A stretch of DNA of 64,000 bases, taken from NCBI RefSeq assembly GCF_009914755.1, contig NC_060934.1, one strand, 5' to 3'. This document shows, one piece after another, positions 1-11,299 of this stretch (positions are counted from its first letter, which is position 1; every line of letters starts with the position of its first letter). A program made the translations under genes and the position numbers. Under the pieces are notes generated by a model that made no database searches, was not told the DNA's origin, and saw only the letters and a list, made by a program, of their open reading frames with translations. Source of the stretch: the human T2T-CHM13v2.0 reference genome, Homo sapiens.

Positions 1-690
1 TCAGGAAAAAACAGGTGCTGGAGAGGATGTGGAGAAATAGGAACACTTTTACACTGTTGGTGGGACTGTAAACTAGTTCAACCATTGTGGAAGACAGTGT
101 GGCGATTCCTCAGGGATCTTGAACTAGAAATACCATTTGACCCAGCAATCCCATTACTGGGTAAATACCCAAAGGATTATAAAACATGCTGCTGTAAAGA
201 CACATGCGCACGTATGTTTATTGCGGCACTATTCAGAATAGCAAAGACTTGGAACCAACCCAAATGTCCAACAATGATAGACTGGATTAAGAAAATGTGG
301 CACATATACACCATGGAATACTATGCAGCCGTAAAAAATGATGAGTTCATGTCCTTAGTAGGGACATGGGTGAAGCTGGAAACCATCATTCTCAGCAAAC
401 TATCACAAGGACAAAAAACCAAACACCGCATGTTCTCACTCATAGGTGGGAATTGAACAATGAGAACACATGGACACAGGAAAGGGAACATCACACACCG
501 GGGCCTGTTGTGGGGTGGGGGAAGAGGGGAGGGATAGCATTAGGAGATATACCTAATGTTAAATGACGAGTAAATGGGTGCAGCACACCAACATGACACA
601 TGTATACATATGTAACTAACCTGCAGGTTGTGCACATGTACCCTAAAACTTAAAATATAATAAAAAAAAACTAAGAAAAATAAACAAACT
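1..690 (+). mobile_element. L1PA 3' end (ORF2 C-terminus, 3'UTR, poly-A); its 5' part runs off the window start
   Basis: ORF 85-456 is the L1 ORF2 C-terminus (…WNQPKCPTMIDWIKKMWHIYTMEYY…SLIGGN), followed by a G-rich 3'UTR and an A tail at ~660-690. Confidence 0.95.
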
Positions 691-724
691 TTATAAGATA
701 AAGCTGGAAATAATGACAGATTAA

Positions 725-1350
725 AAAAAATCTATTCAAATCTTTTGACCATTTTTTAAATTGGATTATTACATTTTTTTCCTATAGAGTTGTTTGAGCT
801 CCCGATGTATTTTGGTTATTAATACCTTGTCAGATGAAGAGTTTGCAAATATTGTCTCCCATTCTGTGGGGGTTTTCGCTTCACTTTGTTAATTGTTTCC
901 TTTTCTGTGCAGAGCTTTGTAACTTATGATTCCGTTTGTCCGTTTTTGCTTTGGTTGCCTATGCTTATAGGGTATTAGTCAAGAAATTTTTGCCCAGACC
1001 AATGTCCTGAAGATTTCTCCAATGTTTTCTTGTAGTAGTTTCGTAGTTTGAGATCTTAGATTTAAACTTTTAACCCATTTTGATTTGATTTTTTTGCATA
1101 TGGCAAGAGATAGGGGTCTAGTTTCATTCTTCTGCATATAGATATCCAGTTTTCCCAGCACTATTTATCGAAGAGATTGTCTTTTCCCTAGTGTATGTTC
1201 TTGGCACCTTGTTAAAAATGAGTGCACTGTAGGTGTGTAGATTTGTTTCTGGGTTCTCTGTTCTGTTCCATTGATATATGTGTCTGTTTTTATGACAATA
1301 CCCTGCTGTTTTGATTACTATAGCTCTGTAGTAAAATTTGAGGTCAGGTA
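725..1350 (-). mobile_element. Older L1 (L1M/L1MA-type) ORF2 fragment; host of the following L1 insertion, resumes at 2724-2790
   Basis: Minus ORFs give [17 protein letters not shown]…QWNRTENPE (L1 ORF2). The host sequence resumes after the duplicated atttgaggtcaggta. Confidence 0.9.
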
Positions 1351-2723
1351 CAAGGCTACAGTAACCAAAACAGCATGGTACTGGTACCAAAACAGATATA
1401 TAGACCAATGGAACAGAACAGAGGCCTCAGAAATAACACCACACATCTACAATCATCTGATCTTTGAGAAACCTGACAAAAACAAGAAGTGGGGAAAGGA
1501 TTCCCTATTTAATAAATGGTGCTGGGAAACCTGGCTAGCCATATGTAGAAAGCTGAAACTGGATCCTTTCCTTATACCTTATACAAAAATTAATTCAAGA
1601 TGGATTAAAGACTTAAATGTTAGACCTAAAAGCATAAAAACCCTAGAAGAAAACCTAGGCAATACCATTCAGGACATAGGCATGGGCGAGGACTTCATGA
1701 CCAAAACAACACAAGCAATGGCAACAAAAGCCAAACTAGACAAATGGGATCTAATTAAACTAAAGAGCTTCTGCACAGCAAAAGAAACTACCATCAGAGT
1801 GAACAGGCAACCTACAGAATGGGAGAAAATTTTTGCAATCTACCCATCTGACAAAGGGCTAATATCCAGAATCTACAAAGAACTCAAACAAATTTACAAG
1901 AAATTAAAAAACCTGTCAAAAAGTGGACAAAGGATATGAATGGACAGTTCTCAAAAGAAGACATCTATGCAGCCAACAGACACATGAAAAAATGCTCATC
2001 ATTACTGGTCATTAGAGAAATGCAAATCAAGACCACAATGAGATACCATCTCACACCAGTTAGAATGGCAATCATTAAAAAGTCAGGCAACAACAGATGC
2101 TGGAGAGGATGTGGAGAAATAGGAATGCTTTTACACTGTTGGTGGGAGTGTAAATTAGTTCAACCATTGTGGAAGACAGTGTGGTGATTCCTCAAGGATC
2201 TAGAACTAGAATTTCCATTTGACCCAGCCATCCCATTACTGGGTATATACCCAAAGGATTATAAATCATGCTACTATAAAGACACATGCACATGTATGTT
2301 TATTGCAGCACTATCCACAATAGCAAAGACTTGGAACCAACCCAAATGTCCATCAATGATAGACTGGATTAAGAAAATGTGGCACATATACACCATGGAA
2401 TACTATGTAGCCATAAAAAATGATGAGTTCACATCCTTTGCAGGGACATGGATGAAGCTGGAAACCATCATTCTCAGCAAACTATCACAAGTACAGAAAA
2501 CCAAACACCGCATGTTCTCACTCATAGGTGAGAATTGAACAATGAGATCACTTGGACACAGGGTGGGGAGCATCACACACCTGGGCCTGTCAGTGGGTGG
2601 GGGGCTGGCGGGGGGATAGCATTAGGAGAAATACCTAATGTAAATGATGAGTTGATGGGCACAGCAAACCAGCTTGGCACATGTATACCTATATATCAAA
2701 CCTGAAAGTATAATTTAAAAAAT
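1351..2723 (+). mobile_element. 5'-truncated L1PA (mid-age) with 15-bp target-site duplication
   Basis: ORF2 peptides [16 protein letters not shown]… to …SLIGEN, then 3'UTR. TSD atttgaggtcaggta at 1336-1350 and 2724-2738. Confidence 0.95.
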
Positions 2724-2799
2724 ATTTGAGGTCAGGTAATGTGATTCCTCCAGTTTTGTATTTTTTGCTTAGGATAGCTTGGGTTATTCTGGTTCTATT

Positions 2800-3640
2800 A
2801 GGCTGATAACAACAGTGTTTGTATAAACAAACAAACTGGCAAAAATAAAACTAATAAAAACTTTACACCTTAAGTTTGTACTCGTACCCCAGCTTTTAAA
2901 CTTTTTGTTGTTTCTATTTATATCATATTGTACTGTGTATGTCTTGAAACGTTGTTATTATTTTGATTGGTTCATCATTTAGTTTATCTGCTTAGGATTA
3001 GAGTAGTTTAGACACCACGGTTACAGTCTTATAATATTCTCTGTTTTCCTGTGTACTTGCTGTTACCAGTGAGTTCTGTACATTCAGATGATTTCTTATT
3101 TCTCATTAATGTCCTTTTCTTTCTGATTGAAGTGCTCCCTTTAGCATTTCTTGTAGGACAGGCCTGGCATTGATGAAATCCCTCAGCTTTTGTTTATCTG
3201 GGAAAGTCTTTATTTTTCCTTCATGTTTGAAAGATATTTTCACTGGATATGCTATTCTAGGGTAAAAGATATTTTTCTTCAGCACTTTAAATATGTCATG
3301 CCACTCTCTCCCGGCCTGTAAGGTTTCTATTGAAAAGTCTGCTGCCAGATGTATTGGAGCTCCATTGTATGTGTTTTTTTTCTCTCTCTCTCTCTCTCTT
3401 TTGCTGCTTTTAGGATCCTTTCTTTATCTTTGATCTTTGAAAGTTCGATTATTAAATGGCCTGAAGTACTCTTATTTGGGTTAAATTTCCTTGGTGTTCT
3501 ATAACCTTCTTGTATTTGAATATTGATATCTTTCTCTGGGTTTGGGAAGTTCTCTGCCATCCCTTTGAATAAACTTTCTATCTCTCTTTCTTTCTCTACC
3601 TCATCTTTAAGCCCAGTAACTCTTAGATTTGCCTGCTGAT
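2800..3640 (-). mobile_element. Old L1 ORF1/inter-ORF fragment
   Basis: Minus ORF 3327-3560 MAENFPN…KDKERILKAAKE is typical L1 ORF1p. Confidence 0.85.
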
Positions 3641-3815
3641 TCCTTCCATTGATTTTACTTTTTTTTAGACAACTGTCTTAATCAAGTAACTATCAACATA
3701 GTAGAAAGTATTAGTGGAAAGTATTAGTGGCACATAACACCTCACACTCTAAAAAACAGCATATGTTAAATTCGAAAAATGATGTGAACTCATATCTTCA
3801 AAATAACATCTTCCA

Positions 3816-4487
<672 letters not shown>

Positions 4488-5289
4488 TAATGACCAAAAT
4501 TTGTTTGATCTATTTCCCTCTAAAAGAATTTTGTCTTCTTGTAGTATAACTGTTTTTTGTCTTAAAGCAGGCAAAATAAGGACAAATCAGAATATTGTGT
4601 TATGTCCAGAAAGCAAGGTTGGTTTTGAAGGCTGCTAGCAATGATTCTGAAAGGGCAAAGCTGCTCACTGAAGGAATCCTATTAGACTCACTGTGACATT
4701 TAAAAATGAAAATAGTGTTAACATTGTTATTTGGAAAAGTGGAGTCTATAAAAAGCCATGAATTAATAATTATGCTGAAAAAAGCAAATTCATATAAAGT
4801 TTGGAGAAGGTAGCTAGAATATAAAAAGAGGTGAACAAAATGTTTAATTCGTTACTGATTTTAATAAGTTAGGGAAGATTATATGTACGAGCACTTTTTT
4901 TTCTTTCATATGAGTTTCAGATTAGAGAATGAACAACATGTACTTCTTTCTGGTTTTGGAAGCAGAAACTTGAAAGCAAGCCAAGCAGTGTTGAAAGTGT
5001 GACAAGTACAAGAATAATCAGTTCAATCAGTCATCATACAAAATAAAGGTTAAGCACTCCAGTGGAAAGTACCAGTTTTCAAACACCAATAAATGGAAAC
5101 TCTAAAATGCATATCAACTCAGGACACACAAGTTTGAGAAACGACTAAAGCTTATGAGAAAGTCAAAAGGCACAGACATTTGTTTAACTGTGTGGAAAGA
5201 AGTGCCTTTGTGTGAAAGAGAGCTCACTCGGCCTGATGATTGTGGCCTTGGGATTGACTCATCCTGGGAAAGGGACTCACGCTTAGGAC

Positions 5290-6289
5290 TGAAGGGGGCC
5301 AGCCCCTCCACACCTGTGGGTATTTCGATTCAGGTGGGAGGAGAGACTGAGAAAAGAAATAAGACACAGAGACAAAGTACAGAGAAAGAACTGTGGGCCG
5401 AGGGGACCAGCGCTCAGCATACGAAGGACCCGCACCGGCACCAGACTCTGAGTTCCCTCAGTATTTATTGATCATTATTTTTACTATCTTAGCGAGGGGA
5501 GTGTAGCAGGGCAACAGGTGGGGAGAAGGTCAGCAGGGAAACATGTGAGCAAAGGAATCGGTATCATGAATAAGTTCAAGGAAAGGTACTGTGCCTGGAT
5601 GTGCACGTAGGCTAGATTTATGTTTCTCTTTACCCAAACATCTCAGCGTAGAAAAGAGTAACAGAGCAGTATTGCTGCCAGCATATCTCGACTCCAGCCA
5701 CAGGGCAGTTTTCTCCTGTCTCAGAATAGAACCAATGGGATTGGTCTGCTTTACACCTAGACATTCCATTCCCAGGGACGAACAGGAGACAGAAGCCTTC
5801 CTCTTATCTCAACTGCAAAGAGGCCTCTCTCTTTCACTACTCCTCCTCAGCACAGACCCTTTATGGGTGGGATGTCGGGCTGGGGGACTGTCAGGTCTTT
5901 CCTTTCCCACGAGGCCATATCTCAGTCTGTCTCAGTGGGGGGAAACCTTGGACAGTACCTAGGCTTTCTTGGGCAGAGGTCCCTGCAGCCTTCTGCAGTG
6001 CATGGTGTCCCTGGTTAATCGAGAATGGAGAATGGCGATGACTTTTACCAAGCATACTGCCTGCAAACATATTGTTAACAAGGCACATCCTGCACAGCCC
6101 TAAATCCATTAAACTTTGATTCAATACAGCACATGTTTCTGTGAGCACAGGGTTGGGGCTACAGTTACAGGTTAACAGCATCTCAAAGCAGAAACAATTT
6201 TTCTTAGAACAGATCAAAATGGAGTTTGATATGTCTTCCTTTTCTACATAAACACAGTAACAATCTGATCTCTCTTTCTTTTCCCTACA
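5290..6289 (-). mobile_element. HERV-K(HML-2) solo LTR (LTR5A/B-type), 1000 bp, with 6-bp TSD
   Basis: The minus strand starts tgtagggaaaagaaagagagatcagattgttactg and ends ggcccccttca. TSD taggac at 5284-5289 and 6290-6295. Confidence 0.93.
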
Positions 6290-6379
6290 TAGGACCTGCT
6301 GAGAAACAATATCAATTAATCAATTATCCAAGTTCAGCAATTTCAGCTGGTCTTTTTGGGGATATTTCAATAAAGCTTT

Positions 6380-6535
6380 ATTCATGAACACTGAAAGTTT
6401 TAATTCATGTAATTTTACATGGCATGAAATAATATAAATCTCTTACATTTTCAATCGCTAAAAAATATACAAACCATTTTTGGCTCATGGGCTATACAAA
6501 ACTGGGCAGCACGTTAGGCTTGTGGGCCATAGTTC
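6380..6535. mobile_element. hAT-Charlie MITE fragment (MER58-like)
   Basis: aaaccattttt ggctcatgggctatacaaaac…gggccatagtt resembles MER58. Confidence 0.55.
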
Positions 6536-6579
6536 TGTATAGTTAGTGGGTATTATTATATCTGTAGTTATTTTTCTAT

Positions 6580-9500
6580 AAATTCTTATTTTAAAATTAT
6601 GATCACATACATACAATGTAATATTTATTATTGTAACTATTCATAAACATATAATCCAGTGGCATTAAATGCATTCACAATGTTGTGTGACCATCACCAT
6701 TTCTATACCCAAAACATTTTTGTCATTCTTAGCAAAAACTCTGTACCTATTAAAAAATTTCCTTTTGAGTTGTTCATTGTTGGTGTATGGAAACACAACT
6801 GATTTTTTTGTGTGTTGATCTTATACTCTGCAACTCTGCAGAATTTATTTATTAACTCTAGAAGATTTCTTATGAATTATTTGAGATTTTCTACATGTAG
6901 GGTCATATCGTCTGTGAAGAGAGGATTCCTTTTACTTCTCTTTCTTGTCTGATAGCTCCAGCCAGAATATCCATTACAATGTTAAATAGTAGTGATGAAG
7001 GCAGGCATCCTTGTCTTGTTCCTCACCTTAAGGGGAACACTTCCAGTCTTTCCCCTTTGAATTTCTCACATATGGCTTTTATGTGTGTTTTTTACCTTTA
7101 TTATATTAATTGTTTTATTACATTAATTGATTTTCTTCTTTGAACCATCCTTGTGTTCCTAAAGTCCCATTGGATGATGATGTATAATCCTTTTAATATG
7201 TGATGGGATTGGATTTTCTAATATTTTACTGCAGATTTTTGAATAAATATTCACAGGGAATAAAGGTCTACAGTTCTCTTGCAATAACTTTATCTGAGTT
7301 TTGTATCAGAGTAATGATAGCCTCATAGAATGAGTTTGGAAGTGTTCCTTTCTCTTCAAGTTTTTGGAAGCATTTCAGGATTGGTATTATTTCTCTTTAA
7401 ATGCATGGTAGAATTCACCAGTGAAGCCATCTGGTCCAGAACTTTTCCCCACTGGGAGGTTCTGATTACTGATTAAATCTCTTTACTTGTTACAGTTCTG
7501 TTGAGATTTTCTATTTATTCTTCAATTAGTTTAAATAATTTGTGTGTTTTAGGGAATTTGTCCATTTCTTCTAGGTTACCTTATTAATTGACATGCAATT
7601 GTGATAGCATTTTCCTATAATTCTTTTTATTTTATAAGGTAACATTCTCACTTTCATTTATGATTTTAATTATTTGCATTTACTCTCTTTATATTTTTGT
7701 CAGTCTAGCTAAAGCTTTGACAATTTGCTGGTTTTTTTAAGTACAAACTTTTCTTTTCATGAATTTTCTGTATTGTTTCTCAAGTATCTTTTATTGTTTT
7801 CACTCTAATCCTTATTATTTCCTTCCATCTCCTAGCTTTGAATTTAGCTTGTTCTTTTTTTTAGCTTCTTATGATGTAAAATTAAGTTATTGATATGAGG
7901 TCTTTCTTCTTTTCAATGTACGTATTTACAACTATAAGTTTCCCTCTGAGCATTACTTTTACTGCATCTAATAAGTTTTGGAATGTTGTGATTTCATTTG
8001 TATTCCAAGTTCTTTGTAATTTCCCCTGTAATTTCTTCTTTGACCTATTGATTATTTAAGACTATTTCATCTAATTTCCATATAATAGTGAATTTTCCAG
8101 TTTTCCTTCTGTTATTGACATCTACCTTATCTCATTGTGGTTAGAGAAGGTAGTTAATATAATAGCTATCTCTTAAAATCTATTGAGATGTGTTTTGTGA
8201 CCCAGCATAGGGTTTATCCTAGAGAATGTTCCATGTGCAGTTGAGAAGAATGTGTACTCTGTGCTTGTTGGGTGGAGTGTTCTTTATATATTAATTAGGT
8301 GTAGTTGGTTGGTTTATTGTATTGTTCAAGTTCTCTATTTCTTCATTTCTGTCTGGTTGCTCAATCATCTATTGATGGTGGGGTATTGAAGTCTCCAGTT
8401 ATTATTGTAGAACTGTATATTTTTCCCTTCTATTTTGTCACTTTCTTGCTATATATATTTTGAGGGTTTATTATTAGATCTATAAATGTTTAGAATTATA
8501 TATTCTTGCTGTAGTCTTTTATTAAAATATAATTTATTCTTTGTTTCTTGTAAATTTGATTTAAAGGCAATTCTATCTGATATTAATATAGCCAGTCCAT
8601 CTCTTTTGTAGTTATTATTTCTATGGAATATCTTTCTTTATCTTTTCACCTTCAAGCTATTTGTGTCTTTAGATCTAAAATGAGTCTCTTTTTTGGCATC
8701 ATATAGTTGGGGTGGTTTCAATTTTTTATCCATCCTGCCAATCTCTGTCTTTTGATTGGAGTGTGTAGTCTATTTAAAGTTAATTATTAATAAGAAAGGG
8801 CTTACATCTGCCACTTTTCTCTCTGTTTCTTATATATCTTATGCTCTCTTCTTCCTCATTTCTTTCGTCCCTATGTTCCTTTGTGTGTAGTTAATTTTTT
8901 AATGAAACATTTTGATTCCCTTCTCAATTCCTTTTGTGTAGCTTCTGTAGATACATTCTTTGTTACCATGGAAATTACATTTAGTCTCCTAAAGTTATAA
9001 CAATCTAATATAAACTTATGCCAACAACTTCAAAAGCTTACAGAAGTTCTGCTCGTAACAGCTCCGTCCACTATTTTATTATAATGTAATAGATTACATC
9101 TTTATACATTGTGTGCCCAATAGCATACATTATAAGTTATTTTAACAAATTTGTATTTTAAATCTAGTAGAAAATAAAAAGAGGATGTACAAACCAAAAT
9201 GAAAATAGTAGTAGCTTTTATAATTGCCCATGTATTTATGTTTACTGGAGATTTGATTTCTTCAAGTGGCTTTAAGTTACTGTCTAGCTTCTCTTATTTC
9301 AACCTGAAGGACCCTTTTTTGTATTTCTTGCAGAGCAGGTTTAGAGGTAATGAGCTCCCTCGGCTTTTGTTTATCTGGAAATATCTTAATTTCTCCCTCA
9401 CTTTTGAATGGCAGTTTTGTCAGATACAGAATCCTCAGTTGACTTTTTTTTTTCTTCTAATGTACTTCTTTCAGTATTTTGAATATATCAACCTACTGCC

Positions 9501-9640
9501 TTCTGGCCTCCAAGGTTTCTGGTTGCTTCTGTCTTACTGCCTTTAAAGTTCTCTCTCTCTTTTTATTATTTTTAAATAATTTTATTATAATGTGTTTTGG
9601 TGTAAGTTTCTTTGAGTTTATCATAGTTGGAGTTCTTTAT
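6580..9640 (-). mobile_element. Old, degraded L1M (3' end, ORF2, inter-ORF, ORF1 parts)
   Basis: T-rich antisense L1 motifs (gaattcaccagtgaagccatctggtcc; gagaatgttccatgtgcagttgagaagaatgtg). Confidence 0.85.
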
Positions 9641-9789
9641 AATAGCCATACCCCTAGAAGGTTACAAAACTAATCTAGAAATAATCTTAAAAATTACGGT
9701 CTTTTAAAAAAGGATTAAGTGTCAGTATAGTAACATATTTTACAATCTTTGCATTTGTATGTTTTATCTGCAGCCAGTTTTATCAGCTA

Positions 9790-10505
9790 TGAACCTGCCT
9801 TTGCAAAAATTATAACTGAGGAAACCATGACAGTGAAAGAGATCAGACCTAATTGATTCCATGTTGCTTCTAACCTTTAAGCTATCCTTGCTCATTTCTG
9901 GGCGTGGACCAAACTAACTATGGGAAGGAATTCAGTTCATGGTTTGACTCTGAAACAAAATTGATAACAGCCCTTTCCTGAAAAGACCCCCTTCTTGACT
10001 GGGGACCAGTCTGCCTTTCCAGGACTAACAAATTAGCTACAATATTAGAAGTTATGGTTTAGGGGTCATCCAGCCTCTGGCTCCAAGAGTCTGAACCTAC
10101 CCAAATTGCTCCTGGGGATAACATCACTATTGTAAAAGTGAAGATCAGCACTTGAGATATTTTGCAGACTCTGTACTCCATGGATCAGCTGACACCACCC
10201 AAACCAATAATATAGCTGCTCAGCCAGTCTGCCATCCCACCCAGGGACAAAAGACAGCAAGAAGACCACCCTTCAACCCCCTATGATTCCATCTCCAACC
10301 TGACCAATCAGCAGCACTCCCCACTTTCCCAGCCTCTACCTGCTAGATTATCTTTACAAACTCTGATCTAATAATAAACAATAAAACTCCAGTCCCCCAC
10401 ACAGTGGGCTCTGCGGGAATTACTCTTTCTCCATTGCAATTCTCCCGTCTTGATAAATAGACTCTGTCTAGGGAGTGGGCAAGGTTAACCCACTGGGCAA
10501 TTACA
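9790..10505 (+). mobile_element. ERV1 solo LTR (LTR8-like)
   Basis: tgaacctgcctttgcaaaaattata…gacagtgaaagagatc start, AATAAA near 10380, end gggcaattaca. Flanks are gcta/ggta (4-bp TSD, 1 mismatch). Confidence 0.85.
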
Positions 10506-11299
10506 GGTATATAAAATTCTTAATTTCACCACAAACTGTTTAAGAAAACTTGATTTTTCAAAATTTTAATCAATGTGTAAATATTCAGAAAAAACTACTT
10601 TCTGTGTTTTAATTGGTAGGATACAGTCAATCAACTTGGTGTAAAACTAAGCAAAATTAATTGTAGATATTATTTCTCTCCAGGCACAAAAACGTGTTTT
10701 GAACCTACTCTAACCAACTGTCAAAAGGCTGTGTTAAGTGATTCTCTGACAAGGTAAGATCTAATGCTTGGTGTCTTTTTGAAGTTTTTCAAAATTGCCT
10801 CCAATATCAACCTTCCCTTCCTTTTCAGCATTCTGTTCCCTATCTTTCAGCTCATCTTTCTAGTTTTCCTATAGCAAGAAAACGTGTTCAGAGAGCAAGA
10901 TAATTATATGTATTGATTCTATATGAGAAATATCACCTGTTCTGTCATTAGGGGCTTTAAATATGCCTACCTTATTAAAGAGCTACTTCTCTAGACACAA
11001 CTGTGACTGAAGAATTAATTCACTCAAGATCCAATATTACCCACAGCGACTCCTTCAGTCTCAACCTCCTACTGTGTCAAAACCAAGCTTCCTTCATGAA
11101 CACTTACCTATACCAAGAGTGCAGACTTTCTTTTCCCTATAGTAATTCAAACTGGGTATTGTGTTGCTTTTCCCTACCACTTTTCTCTTCTGGGACTACT
11201 TATATTTACTGTAGTGCATCTGTCTAATTTCAAATATTAAAGAGGCAGGTTCTGTAGTGACAAAGGACTATAGGGAGTTGGTTTTATCTAAACTTTAAA

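Noticed and set aside
85-2538. ORFs of 80-222 aa as host genes
   Set aside because: All are L1 ORF2 fragments; the 222-aa ORF is a chance fusion across an insertion junction.
4520-5283. Possible pseudogene or transposase remnant (CLTVWKEVPLC)
   Set aside because: No convincing domain in any frame; the ORF simply runs into the LTR.
10684-10759. Plus-strand exon-like segment (ctccag|…|gtaaga)
   Set aside because: Splice-like motifs alone, with no recognisable product.
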